From contig OZ244937.1 of NCBI GenBank assembly GCA_965222075.1, positions 2,880,001 to 2,944,000 of the forward strand: a stretch of 64,000 nucleotides of DNA, written 5' to 3'. A program made the position numbers and the translations under genes. The stretch's first letter is position 1. Every line of letters starts with the position of its first letter. A model generated the notes under the pieces. That model did no database searches. It was not told the DNA's origin and was given only the letters and a program-made list of their open reading frames with translations. This DNA comes from Candidatus Latescibacterota bacterium (lineage in GTDB: Bacteria; Latescibacterota; UBA2968; GCA-2709665). Shown here piece after piece: positions 48,227 to 58,119 of the stretch.

Positions 48227-49741
48227 TTAATTCACTTCCTCGCTCAGGCCGCCCAAATCGCGAAACCAGTCCTTCATGCTCGGATAAAGCCTGCTGTAGT
48301 GTCGGAAGCACGCCTCGTAACGCCGCACCCGCTCCGCATCGCACCGGACCGTCTCGCCCAGACCGACCGCCCGGCCGCACCCCGACTCGAAATCCGTATA
48401 CATCTCCACCCCAATGGCTGCGATAATCGCCGCGCCCAGCGCAGAGGCGTCCTCTACTTCCAGCACCCGTACGTCCTGTCCGAACACATCGGCCTGGATC
48501 TGCCGCCACAGCGCCGACCTTGCGCCCCCCTCGCCGATGCGAAGCTCCTCGGCCGGCAGCCCCAGGCCCTTGAAGCATTCCAGCGACTGTCTCAGATCGA
48601 ACGCCACGCCCTCCATCAGCGCCCGAATCAGGTGCCCCCTGGCATGGCGCAGCGTCAGCCCCACCCAGCCGCCCCGCGCGTGGGCGTCGGGATTGGGTGT
48701 TGCCGCCCCCTCCAGCCAGGGCATGAAAAAGAGCCCCTCGCTGCCTGGAGGCGCCCCTTCGGCCTGCGCCGTCAGCGTCTCGAAATCCTCGTCCAGCTGT
48801 TCGTTCAGCCATGACATGCTCGCCCCGCACGTATACGAGCACCCCAGCCAGAGATACTCCCCCGGCACCGCGTGACACATGGGCCAGAGCCGGTTGAACG
48901 CCGCATCGCTGACCCCTTCGGCAAAGGCCAGCGCGTGCCCGGCTGTGCCGATCCCCACATTGAGCACACCCGGCTTGATCACTCCGCCCCCCACCGCCAG
49001 GCACGCCACGTCGCCCCCCCCGGCGCACACCGGCGTCCCCTCCGCCAGTCCCGTCTCTTCCGCCGCCGCCCGGGTCAGCGCTCCCACCACCGTCGTCGAC
49101 TCGACCACGTCTGGAAACAGCTCCCGACGCACCTCCAGCACGTCCAGAATCTCGCCACTCCAATCCCTCTCATAAAGGTCCATCGCCGCCGTCACCGAAG
49201 CGTCCGAGACATCCGCCGCAAACGTACCTGTCAGCCGGAACCGGATCCAGTCTTTTGGAATCAGCACATACCGGGCCCGGGTATAAACCTCCGGTTCGTG
49301 CTCGCGCACCCACAGGACCTTTGCCAGCGTATTGATCGGACTGAGCACCTGAAGCGCCTTGCTCCGGAGCAGATCCCCCGCCTGTGCTTTTGCCGCATCG
49401 CATTCCCGCTGCGAGCGGTGATCCAGCCAGATGGGTGGGGGGCGCAGCGGCTCCCCCGAAGCGTCCACGAACACCGCGCCGTTCATCTGTCCCGAAAGCG
49501 ACACCCCCCGGACATCCCGAACCGAGCGAGAAGGGTGACACGCTGCAAGCGCCTGCACAACGCGCCGTATGGTCTTACAGACCGCCCGCCACCAGTCATC
49601 CGCATCTTGCTCCACGCATCCTGGACCGGGCTTCTGCAACGGATAACTCGCACTCGCACTTGCCACCACCCGCCCCTCATCGTCCAGCACAATGGTCTTG
49701 GTGCTCGACGTTCCCAGATCGATGCCGACAACCAGGGCCAT
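48227..49741 (-). CDS. FGGY sugar kinase (xylulokinase-like)
   Basis: GIDLGTSSTK, SGQM, PKDWIR, GGGD, RALMEGV, GGARS..W.QI.AD. Confidence 0.93.
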   Translation of the reverse strand: MALVVGIDLGTSSTKTIVLDDEGRVVASASASYPLQKPGPGCVEQDADDWWRAVCKTIRRVVQALAACHPSRSVRDVRGVSLSGQMNGAVFVDASGEPLRPPPIWLDHRSQRECDAAKAQAGDLLRSKALQVLSPINTLAKVLWVREHEPEVYTRARYVLIPKDWIRFRLTGTFAADVSDASVTAAMDLYERDWSGEILDVLEVRRELFPDVVESTTVVGALTRAAAEETGLAEGTPVCAGGGDVACLAVGGGVIKPGVLNVGIGTAGHALAFAEGVSDAAFNRLWPMCHAVPGEYLWLGCSYTCGASMSWLNEQLDEDFETLTAQAEGAPPGSEGLFFMPWLEGAATPNPDAHARGGWVGLTLRHARGHLIRALMEGVAFDLRQSLECFKGLGLPAEELRIGEGGARSALWRQIQADVFGQDVRVLEVEDASALGAAIIAAIGVEMYTDFESGCGRAVGLGETVRCDAERVRRYEACFRHYSRLYPSMKDWFRDLGGLSEEVN

Positions 49742-49755
49742 CCTTCTCCCCCTGC

Positions 49756-50679
49756 CTACTCGCCCGTCAGAAATCGGCGTGGATTGTTCACCAGCAAATC
49801 CTCAATGACCTCCTCCCCGAATCCCTCTTCCCGCAGGCGGGGCACAAACCGGGTGAGCACAAAATCCAACCCCGGCCCCCCTCCATAGCTGCGCCAGTAG
49901 CTGGGCCTGCCCAGATCGTTGCCCAGCAGAACCTGCCCGCCCAGCCCGGCGTCAAACAGCCGTTTCAGCACGCCAATCCGCGTCTCATCGGGACCGTACT
50001 TCACCTTGCCCGGACAGTCGTAGCCTAAGTACGCGCCCCGCTCCGCGATCCGCCGGTGCTCCCGGAAATCCGGGTTGCGGTCCATGTGGCTCAGGCAGAT
50101 CCGGTGGGGCGTCACGCCGTGCGACTCAAGAAAGCTCACCTGTTCAAACCCCATCGTCCCCGCCTCGGTATGCGTAATCACCGGCGCCTCCGTCTCAACA
50201 TGGACCGCCGCTGCAATACGCAGCAGCTTCTGATCGTACTCCTGAAACGTGTTGTACCCACTGCCCCCCTTCACAATCCCCGCCTTCACATCCGTACCGT
50301 CGATCCCCTCCACGATATCCCGGATGCACCCCGCCACCAGGTGATGCTCATCGGCCTCCAGGATCGACCGATCGCAGAAATAGGGCTTGTTGTACCCCGT
50401 AATAACCACAATGTGGACCTCCGGCGCCAGCTCGGCAACCCGCGCCACCTTCCGGATGTTCCGACCGAAGTCGATCGCCGACATCTCGATCATCGTCCTG
50501 CCGCCCGCCAGCGCCCACGCGCGCAGCTCCTCGGCCGAGCGCTCGACATCGTTCAGCCGAAAGTCGGCATCCTCCCTCAGCAGCCAGTCGGGCGCATCGA
50601 AACAGAGGTGCTCGTGGTAATCCACAACCCCCAGGTCCTCGCCCGCCACCTCCCCCCGTACGGTCGTCACAGTACCCAT
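49756..50679 (-). CDS. Phosphotriesterase-like lactonase (Php family)
   Basis: HEH, Lys in GIVK, THT, SHMDR, LLGNDLGR. Confidence 0.93.
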   Translation of the reverse strand: MGTVTTVRGEVAGEDLGVVDYHEHLCFDAPDWLLREDADFRLNDVERSAEELRAWALAGGRTMIEMSAIDFGRNIRKVARVAELAPEVHIVVITGYNKPYFCDRSILEADEHHLVAGCIRDIVEGIDGTDVKAGIVKGGSGYNTFQEYDQKLLRIAAAVHVETEAPVITHTEAGTMGFEQVSFLESHGVTPHRICLSHMDRNPDFREHRRIAERGAYLGYDCPGKVKYGPDETRIGVLKRLFDAGLGGQVLLGNDLGRPSYWRSYGGGPGLDFVLTRFVPRLREEGFGEEVIEDLLVNNPRRFLTGE

Positions 50680-50698
50680 TCTCCCCCTCCCCGACAGG

Positions 50699-51472
50699 TC
50701 AACCGTCGACCTTCAGATTCAAATGCCGCTCCAGGAATTCTCGCCACACCTCGGCCATGCGATCCACGCACGCCCCGAACCACCGCTCGCCCTTCTCCGC
50801 CGTCGCTACCGTCGCATCGCCGAACACCCCCGACTCGCTCAGCGCCCCCATCGGCAGCGTCGACATCTCGTAGTCCGCCGAACGCGGCGGGTACTCCACC
50901 ACCGCCCGGTCCATCCGCACCAGCTCCGGGCGCAGGTACAGCATCAGCGACGTCTCGAACTCCTCGGCGTGAAAATTTGACGACAACCACACCGACGAGT
51001 CCGCATCGGCCATAATCTCGCCCAGGTCCGGATAGAAGATCCGGAGAATCACCATCTCGATCTCGTCCACAAGCTCCCGCACCGTGTACTTGAGCGGCTG
51101 CGGATTGGCCCCGTGCGCCGTGAGGACCATCAGCGCCTTACAGCCGTTGCGGTCTAAGCTGCGCGCCACGTCCTTGATCACCCCACGGAAGGTATCGAAC
51201 GAAAAGGTCAGACACCCTGCGCAGTCACGCCAGACCCAGGAATAGCCGATCGGCACGGGCGGCAGCACCAGCCCGACACTCTCCCGGGCGACCCCCATCG
51301 CCAGGGCCTCGGCAATCACCGTATCCGTATTCTGCGGCAGGTGCGGCCCGTGCTGTTCGGTTGCGCCCAGCGGCAGAATCGCACAGGGCGTACGCGCCAG
51401 GAAATCCCGGCATTCCGGCCAGGTCGCCGCCGCCGCGTCGAGCCAGTTGCTTTGAGAAGCCATCTTGCTCAT
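50699..51472 (-). CDS. Creatininase family amidohydrolase
   Basis: LPLGATEQHGPHLP..TD, AHGAN, HA.EFETS, GVFGDAT.AT.EKG. Confidence 0.93.
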   Translation of the reverse strand: MSKMASQSNWLDAAAATWPECRDFLARTPCAILPLGATEQHGPHLPQNTDTVIAEALAMGVARESVGLVLPPVPIGYSWVWRDCAGCLTFSFDTFRGVIKDVARSLDRNGCKALMVLTAHGANPQPLKYTVRELVDEIEMVILRIFYPDLGEIMADADSSVWLSSNFHAEEFETSLMLYLRPELVRMDRAVVEYPPRSADYEMSTLPMGALSESGVFGDATVATAEKGERWFGACVDRMAEVWREFLERHLNLKVDG

Positions 51473-51633
51473 ACCATCGACTCCGGATATCGCTGAGAAA
51501 CGGACCAGGCGTATGCGGGCCGGTACCCGACTTCTGCCCACGCGCAGCTCAGTAGCGACGCATAATCCGCCAGATCGCCCCGCACCCCATACCGCCCAAT
51601 CCGTCCGCTGCTGCCCGTAACCGGAATATTCAT
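51469..51633 (-). pseudogene. Collapsed NAD-dependent epimerase/dehydrogenase minigene (54 aa)
   Basis: MNIPVTGSSGRIGRYGV | RGDLADYASLL | ...AEVGYRPAYAW; GGAGG RBS; stop overlaps the creatininase ATG. Confidence 0.7.
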
Positions 51634-51698
51634 CCTCCACCCCTTCCAGGTTTGATGCCTCCTAATGTAAAAAATAAACGCGATCAGAACAACACCTT

Positions 51699-51720
51699 GT
51701 AGGGGCGAGGCGCTCGCCCC
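51699..51720. repeat. GTAG-type REP-like palindrome
   Basis: GTAGGGGCGAG-GCG-CTCGCCCC. Confidence 0.55.
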
Positions 51721-51825
51721 GAAAAAAAAGAACCCCATGCCAGACAAGGGATTCTTTCGGTTATGTTTGGGTGAATGACAATCCCGATTACGATGAGGTC
51801 GTACCCAAATATCATATCCTGAGCC

Positions 51826-52116
51826 TCACTTCCACACATTTTGAATCCACGGAATCGCCGCCCGCAGAGGACCGATAAACCGGGACGTCTCGAAGTGGGT
51901 AATCCCCTCAACCACCACCAGCTCAACCGAAACACCCCTGGCCTTAAGCTGGCCTACAACGGTTTCAACCGGTTCTAAAGGGACGACCTCGTCCTGCCGG
52001 CTATGGATGATATAAAGGGGAATCCGCCACTCGATCTCCCCCGAATCGGATTCCGGCCGGGCAGCGATCGGTATTGCCGCTGCGAACCGGTTCTGGTGCC
52101 GCGCGGCCATATACCA
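51826..52116 (-). pseudogene. C-terminal half of an alpha/beta hydrolase
   Basis: W.MAARH.NRFAAAIPIA, PLYIIHSRQDEVVP, GITH. The nucleophile elbow and N-terminus are missing. Confidence 0.7.
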
Positions 52117-52238
52117 CTTTGGTTGTTTCTTCGGAGTGGGATCCGGGTGGAACACGATGTTGGGTTGGATGCTGCCACTGGACGAAAACGCAATAGAACC
52201 GCTGCCGTTCGTCAAGAAATTTGATGTCCACAAGCAAG

Positions 52239-52615
52239 GTACACGACAAAATAGAAAAGACCTGCGCTTTTAGATGAAATGAGTTAGGTTTGGGTTGGCC
52301 ACAATCCAACCACTCATAAGAAAGGCACAGGTCCATGTCTCCCCAAGCTAACCAATTGCAAGAGGTAATGCAATGGCATTTTCCCTGGCATAAAGCCCGA
52401 GTGAAATTCACCTGTCGGCACAGGCAGGCGCGCTGCGCGCAGGCAAGCGTGCGGTAACGCACAGGCAGGTCAGCGCGTTCATCCTATCCCTCATCAAACT
52501 CACAACAGTGAACTTCAGCAAACTGGCCAACGTTCTCAACGGCAAAGCCAAGCAGAAGTCCAACTATCACAGGATTCAACGTTTCTTCAGTGGGTTTCAT
52601 CTGCCCTATGACCGG
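52239..52615 (+). mobile_element. IS4-family element remnant (left end plus 5' transposase fragment)
   Basis: GTACACGACAAAA end-like sequence; ATG 52335 MSPQANQLQEVMQWHFPWHKARVKF, 59-bp insert, then VSAFILSLIKLTTVNFSKLA...SNYHRIQRFF. Confidence 0.75.
52410..52468. repeat. Palindromic repeat cluster inserted in the transposase
   Basis: Three (GCA/G)CAGGCA(G/A)G-ending units, including GCGTGCGGTAACGCACAGGCAGG. Confidence 0.6.
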
Positions 52616-52740
52616 GGATCAAAAAAGTTACTTTATCCTCTAAGCGTGTTGAACCATGCCTATTTTTTAATGAACCCGAATCGAGAAATCGGCGTCTTTA
52701 CTCTATGAAGGGTTTTGTAGGGGAAAAAAGGAAATGACCC

Positions 52741-54825
52741 ATGTCGAGAGTCGTTGGTTTGGCCTGCATACTGCTGATGTTTCTGCATGCGTCTGCTGAG
52801 GCCGGAAAAGCCGACCCGGCAGTTGTGGATTCGCTGCTGGCGGTGGCGTCGGATACGATGCTTGCCCACAAAGCACGTATGAAAATTGTTAGAGAAGCCA
52901 TCGGTTGCGACCGATCGGGCCGGAGCAGGTATGCCCTGGCACGGCTCCATATGTCCGAGTGGAAGAAGACGTCACCTGAGGAAGCACAGCGCTGGCTGCT
53001 GCGGGCCATCCAGCGAGAGCCCGAGAATGCGGACTACCGGGCTACGTACGCGGAATTGTTCTGGATGTGGGACCATCGGGGTCGTTCCTACGAGCAGGCT
53101 ATGCGAGCACTCGAACTGGACCCGGACAACGTGCGTGCACTTTACTGGGCCGGCCGCAATGCGATGTGGCACATGACACGCTTTCTGGAAGCAGAGTGGG
53201 CAGGAACCCCTTTTAGTCTGAAAGAGCTGGGCGAGGAAAAAAGAGATATCGCCATTCATTATTTGACCCGGGCGTTGGCGGTCAATCCGGAACACTGGCC
53301 GTCGCGAAAGATCCTGGGCCTGGTCTACTACGAAGCCAGCATGCCCGGGGAGCTGGTGGCGCTTTTTGAAGCGTATGTGGAGCGACAGCCGGAAAATCCC
53401 AACGGCCATTTTTTCGTTGGCCTGGGCTATCAGGCGCTGGGGCACCCGGACAGGGCTTATAGTGCATACGTGAATGGGTTGGCCCGGATGTCTGAGCCGG
53501 AGCGGCAGTTTATGCAGTCGATCTTTTTGATGGTGGACAAAGAGGATGTTGGAACGCTGCCGGATGAGGAGGCAATCCGGCGGTTCTGGAGGGGCCGGGA
53601 TCCCTTTTTTCTGACGCCTGTGAACGAGCGGCTGATGGAGCACTGCCAGAGGGTGGCCTATGCCAACCTCCGGTATGGAGATTCTGTGAAGGGTATTGAG
53701 GGCTGGACGACGGAAAGGGGACAGGCCTACATCCGGTACGGGCACCCTTTATCTCGAGTTGCGCATCCGGCGGAGATTGATATGGGCAACGATCTGCCGT
53801 CTGCTGAACGGAACCGCCTGGCCGAGCGGGTCATGCAAGGGGAAAGGTCTTTGGGCAAGTTCACACCCCGTAAGGAGATCTGGACGTACGATGGCTTCAG
53901 GCTGGTGTTTGAGAACACGGACACCCGGGATGCCTGGAAATTCGGGATTGCATGGATGGGAGCGTATCCGTTGTACGAATTCTCGGATCTGACCGCCTGG
54001 ATACCGGAGTTTTACAAAGACCCCTACTGGTGGGAGCGCTACGACGCGCCTTACCAGATTGCACAGTTCCGGGCGGATGAGGGGAAGACACGGGTGGAGG
54101 TCTACTACGCGCTGCAGGGCGAGCAGGTGAGGCACCAGGAGGCCGGTCCTGGTCTGCAGGAGGTGGATGTGCAACAGGGGCTTTTCCTGTTCGATGCGGC
54201 GTGGAATACGGTGCGCAAGGAGGTCGGGCGGGTCAGGCGGATGCCCTGGGTGGTGTACGATGCAGATGGGGAGGGCTACCTGTTTGCAGGCGAGCAATTG
54301 ATGCTGGACCCGGGCGCTTACCATCTGGGGGTAGAGGTCGAGGATCAGGCGACGAAGGCGGTGGGGACCTTCCGGGATTCCCTGCGCGTGCGGCGTTTTG
54401 GATACGATTCTCTGGAGGCGAGCAGTCTGCTGCTGGCCAGGCGGATCGTGGAGCGGCAGGACAGGCCGTTTGGGCGAGAGCAGTTTATGATTTTGCCCGA
54501 CCCTTTGATGCAGTGTGCTCAGGGTGGGCAGGTGTCATGCTACTTCGAGGTATACAACCTGGCACAGGACGCGTTTGGAGCGACCCACTATCGGGTGGCT
54601 TACCAGATGCGGGTGCTGGTGGAGGGAAGAACGGGGGAGGTCGAACCGGAGTGGACCACGGTAGTGTCCCACACGCTTCGGGGCTCGCGGGCGTGGGAGT
54701 CGATTCGGGTGACATTGGATATGGAAGATTCGGCGCCGGGGCTCCGGGCGTTGCGGGTGGTGGTGGACGATTTGGCGGATCTGGAGCAGGCAGTAGCGAC
54801 GACGACGTTCCGCGTGATGTGGTGA
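52741..54825 (+). CDS. Secreted TPR + GWxTD-domain protein
   Basis: Signal peptide, TPRs, FWRGRDP..TPVNE..EH..RVAYAN, GWTTERGQAYIRYG. Confidence 0.88.
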   Translation: MSRVVGLACILLMFLHASAEAGKADPAVVDSLLAVASDTMLAHKARMKIVREAIGCDRSGRSRYALARLHMSEWKKTSPEEAQRWLLRAIQREPENADYRATYAELFWMWDHRGRSYEQAMRALELDPDNVRALYWAGRNAMWHMTRFLEAEWAGTPFSLKELGEEKRDIAIHYLTRALAVNPEHWPSRKILGLVYYEASMPGELVALFEAYVERQPENPNGHFFVGLGYQALGHPDRAYSAYVNGLARMSEPERQFMQSIFLMVDKEDVGTLPDEEAIRRFWRGRDPFFLTPVNERLMEHCQRVAYANLRYGDSVKGIEGWTTERGQAYIRYGHPLSRVAHPAEIDMGNDLPSAERNRLAERVMQGERSLGKFTPRKEIWTYDGFRLVFENTDTRDAWKFGIAWMGAYPLYEFSDLTAWIPEFYKDPYWWERYDAPYQIAQFRADEGKTRVEVYYALQGEQVRHQEAGPGLQEVDVQQGLFLFDAAWNTVRKEVGRVRRMPWVVYDADGEGYLFAGEQLMLDPGAYHLGVEVEDQATKAVGTFRDSLRVRRFGYDSLEASSLLLARRIVERQDRPFGREQFMILPDPLMQCAQGGQVSCYFEVYNLAQDAFGATHYRVAYQMRVLVEGRTGEVEPEWTTVVSHTLRGSRAWESIRVTLDMEDSAPGLRALRVVVDDLADLEQAVATTTFRVMW

Positions 54826-54981
54826 TGAAGTGCCAGGATAAAGTGATGAAATGGTTTCGGGTTGCCCGACACATTTTCAGAACGAATGAACGTATTCATC
54901 CGGAATGGCGAACCTGAGTTCACTAAAGGGACCGGGAGAGTAGCCCGACCCCTTTCTTGCCTCGACGGTTTAACCGATGTA

Positions 54982-56287
54982 TCACCGCCCCGGCAACTCC
55001 GGCCCGTCCATCCTGACGAACCGAACCCTTCGCTTGTTCTCAATCCGTAGAACCTCCTGCCGTCCATCCCCATCCACATCCATCGTCTGAAACGGCGAAG
55101 CTAAGAACAACGGCAAGGAAGCGTAATCTTTGAACTGATGAAACGCATCGAAACGAAGCGTCTCACGCTCCTGCGTCAACTGCTGTTTCTCCAGCCTGAA
55201 CCCCTGATACTGAGTCTCTCTCAAGGTGATCTCGTCCGTTTCATAGACCGGAATCGGAACCACGAGACGACGCTTCCCCCCCGGTAAAGCCTGCCCCCAC
55301 AAACGAACTAAATTGTCCCTGTAAGCGATGGACAACGCTTCCTCGGCCACAAACGCCAGCCGTGAGCTTCCCGTATACGCATAAACGGACAGTTGCGGGG
55401 GCCTTGGCTGCGGCGGGTCTCCGCGATATCCCGACCTTAACACCGCGATCTCATCCCTCCCATCTCCGTTCAAATCGTCCACATGAATAATCATGTACGT
55501 TTCCAGAAAGGACACACTTGATACCAGATCGAAATCCCGTCCATTCCAGGACAGAACCTGAACGTCCACGGGGCCGATTCCGCCCGGATTGGTATATCCT
55601 TTCGGCAAATGACACAGGATAATTTCGTCACTGCCATCGCCATCCACGTCACCGACACACCCTTCTTGCCCGTAGAAATAGGAGTTTTTTTCCCTGCTTT
55701 ATACATATCATAATTCTTCTTTGAATTGATAGAATCGTTAGCTCCAGCATCAAAATCGAATGCCTTCCCATAGATATGCTGCGATTCTGATCCGTGCCCA
55801 TTCTCTTTGGGACAAGCATACCCAGCTGTAACAATGCTGAGTGGTCTTTCAAATAAGTTTATTTCCAGACAAACGACAGATGTCATTCCCGCGAAGGCGG
55901 GAATCCAGTCTATCAGATATGGATTGCCAATACAATCACTCGGGAAGGACAAAAAAACGTTAGCTAATTTTTTTGAAAGACCACTAAGTCACCTGTGTCA
56001 AAATCCTTTGCAATAAAGAAGGTCTCAGCATCCTCCCAGACTTTCTCAAGCCTGTTATTCGCAATCTCGAATAAGGTTAAGCCTGTTGTGATCTGAAGAT
56101 CATGTGATGATCGTCCCCATAGACACGTTAGCCTTTCTGTCTCATGATCCCGGATTTCCAGGACAGCTTTACGGGTTCCTCTGAGTTCCGGAGAAGTGAA
56201 GTGGCGGACTTCGTCAGAAAATGTCTGTCCTGATGGATACAAACTCACCAGGACCGTTAGCATCCAGATTCTCGCTCGAGCCGTCAT
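54982..56287 (-). pseudogene. Disrupted secreted FG-GAP/VCBS-repeat protein
   Basis: 5' part (RBS AAGGAG, signal, ...FDTGDL) is cut by the MITE; 3' part has GDVDGDGSDEII, DDLNGDGRDEI, DVDGDGRQE. Confidence 0.65.
55840..55985. mobile_element. 146-bp MITE-like element
   Basis: 14-bp terminal inverted repeats AGTGGTCTTTCAAA / TTTGAAAGACCACT; internal hairpin GTCATTCCCGCGAAGGCGGGAATCCAG. Confidence 0.75.
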
Positions 56288-56705
56288 TGTAATGACTCCT
56301 TTTTCTTTGTTTCTACGGTAAAAGCAACGTAATGCCGCCTTGGTAGGATTTCGCGGAAATGTGTACGGCATTACTTCCAATCTGATTTTACTTGCTTTTC
56401 CGGGGGCTCGATGCTACTTTTTTCATCACGGGCTCCTGGTCAAATGGGTCGGATTTTCTGGCAAGAATCTTAGCCCAATTTAACTTGAACTTGGAGCCTT
56501 CTCTTTTTCAGAAGTGGAAGCAGGCGCTCCTGTCTGCCCTGCGGACCTTTCGGGCGTTCCTGGACGATGGTGATGGACGGAACCGCGCGGAAAAGCCCCT
56601 TCCCTCCGCCCCGAAGGCGCGGGAGGCGAAATGCGTGAGCGGGCGCATAACAACTGATATTCAATTCTGGCAATCTTCAATCTTCAATCACAGAAAGGAC
56701 AGGAC

Positions 56706-58064
56706 ATGCAAACAGGCGAAACCCGCGGAATTTGCAAGCCCCCGAAAGGCCTGGGAGGGCTGCTGCGCAACATCGGGCCGGGCGTTGTGGTCTCCGGCTC
56801 GGTCGTAGGCTCCGGCGAGCTTCTGGTCACCACGCGCATGGGCGCCGACGTCGGGTTTGTGTTCCTCTGGGGCGTCCTTGTGGCCTGCCTGGTGAAATTC
56901 TTCATCCAGCTCGAACTGGGCCGCCAGTGCATCCTCCGCAACAACACGACCATTCAGGCCCTGGACCGGGTGCCCGGTCTCCGGCTGCAAAACGCCTCCT
57001 GGGTGGCCTGGCTGTGCGTACTGGGCTATTTCTCGGTCATGATCGCCCTCATCGGCATCCTCGGCTCGGTCGCCGGCCTTATGGTCACCGCATTCCCGGT
57101 AATACCCTACAGCATCTGGGCAGTCATCATCTTCCTGTTCATGTCCGCCCTGCTCTACCGCGGGCTCTATGCCGACCTGGAAAAGATGATCTCCTTTCTG
57201 GTGGCCAGCTTCAGCCTCATCGTCATCAGCCTCATCGTCATCGGCTCCGTACTCGTCCTGCAGGGCACGCCCTATGCCTTCAGCGGCTCGGATCTGCTGT
57301 CCGGTTTCCGCTTCGCCATGCCCCCGGAAGGCGCTTTTGTGGCCCTCGCCGTCATGGGCTCGGTCGGAGCAACAGCCGTGGAGCTGTTCATGTACCCCTA
57401 CTGGGTCCGGGAGAAGGGATACCCGGATTTCGTAGGCCCGCAGGAAGACACCCCGGAATGGCAGGCGCGCTACCGGGGCTGGATGCGGGTACTCGTTACC
57501 GATGCGCTCGTATGCACCCTCATCGCCCTGGTCATCACCTGCGCCTACTACCTGCTGGGCGCCTCGATCCTCAAAAGAATGAACGTGGTGCCCCAGGGCA
57601 TGAAGGTCGTCGAGCACGTCTCCCTGATCTTCACCGAGAGCATCGGCGCCTGGGCCAAAGGCCTCTTCATGTTCGGCGGTTTCTGCACCCTCTTCTCCAC
57701 CCTGCTCGTCTTCACCGCCAGCTCCGGGCGCATCGGCGCGGACTTTCTCCACCAGATCGGCCTGTCTTCCCTCAACCGGGAGGAGGCTCGCCTGCGTCTG
57801 ATACGCATCCTGCAAATCGCCTTCCCCTTCCTCTGGCTCTGCGTCACCCTGATAAAATCCGACACCCCCCTCGCCCTGGTGCTCCTGGGGGCCAACGCCA
57901 ACAACCTCCTGCTCATTCCCCTGGCCTACGCCGTCGTCCACCTGGCCATGCGCGCGGAAGGCAGGGTGCGCATGCCCCTCTGGAGCGAACTGGGACTGCT
58001 CTTCACCACCTGGGTCATCATCAATTTCACGGCCGTCAACCTCTACCTGAAGTGGACCCAGTAA
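56706..58064 (+). CDS. Nramp-related (APC-fold) transporter lacking the DPGN motif
   Basis: GPGVVVSGSVVGSGEL, YPYWVREKG, about 11 TM segments. Confidence 0.85.
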   Translation: MQTGETRGICKPPKGLGGLLRNIGPGVVVSGSVVGSGELLVTTRMGADVGFVFLWGVLVACLVKFFIQLELGRQCILRNNTTIQALDRVPGLRLQNASWVAWLCVLGYFSVMIALIGILGSVAGLMVTAFPVIPYSIWAVIIFLFMSALLYRGLYADLEKMISFLVASFSLIVISLIVIGSVLVLQGTPYAFSGSDLLSGFRFAMPPEGAFVALAVMGSVGATAVELFMYPYWVREKGYPDFVGPQEDTPEWQARYRGWMRVLVTDALVCTLIALVITCAYYLLGASILKRMNVVPQGMKVVEHVSLIFTESIGAWAKGLFMFGGFCTLFSTLLVFTASSGRIGADFLHQIGLSSLNREEARLRLIRILQIAFPFLWLCVTLIKSDTPLALVLLGANANNLLLIPLAYAVVHLAMRAEGRVRMPLWSELGLLFTTWVIINFTAVNLYLKWTQ

Positions 58065-58119
58065 AGGCGGGACACAGGGATCAGGGTTCGAACCGTACAG
58101 TCAATTTCCGGTCCCGGTC

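Noticed and set aside
56392-56808. 138-aa + strand ORF
   Set aside because: No motifs or RBS; overlaps the transporter start.
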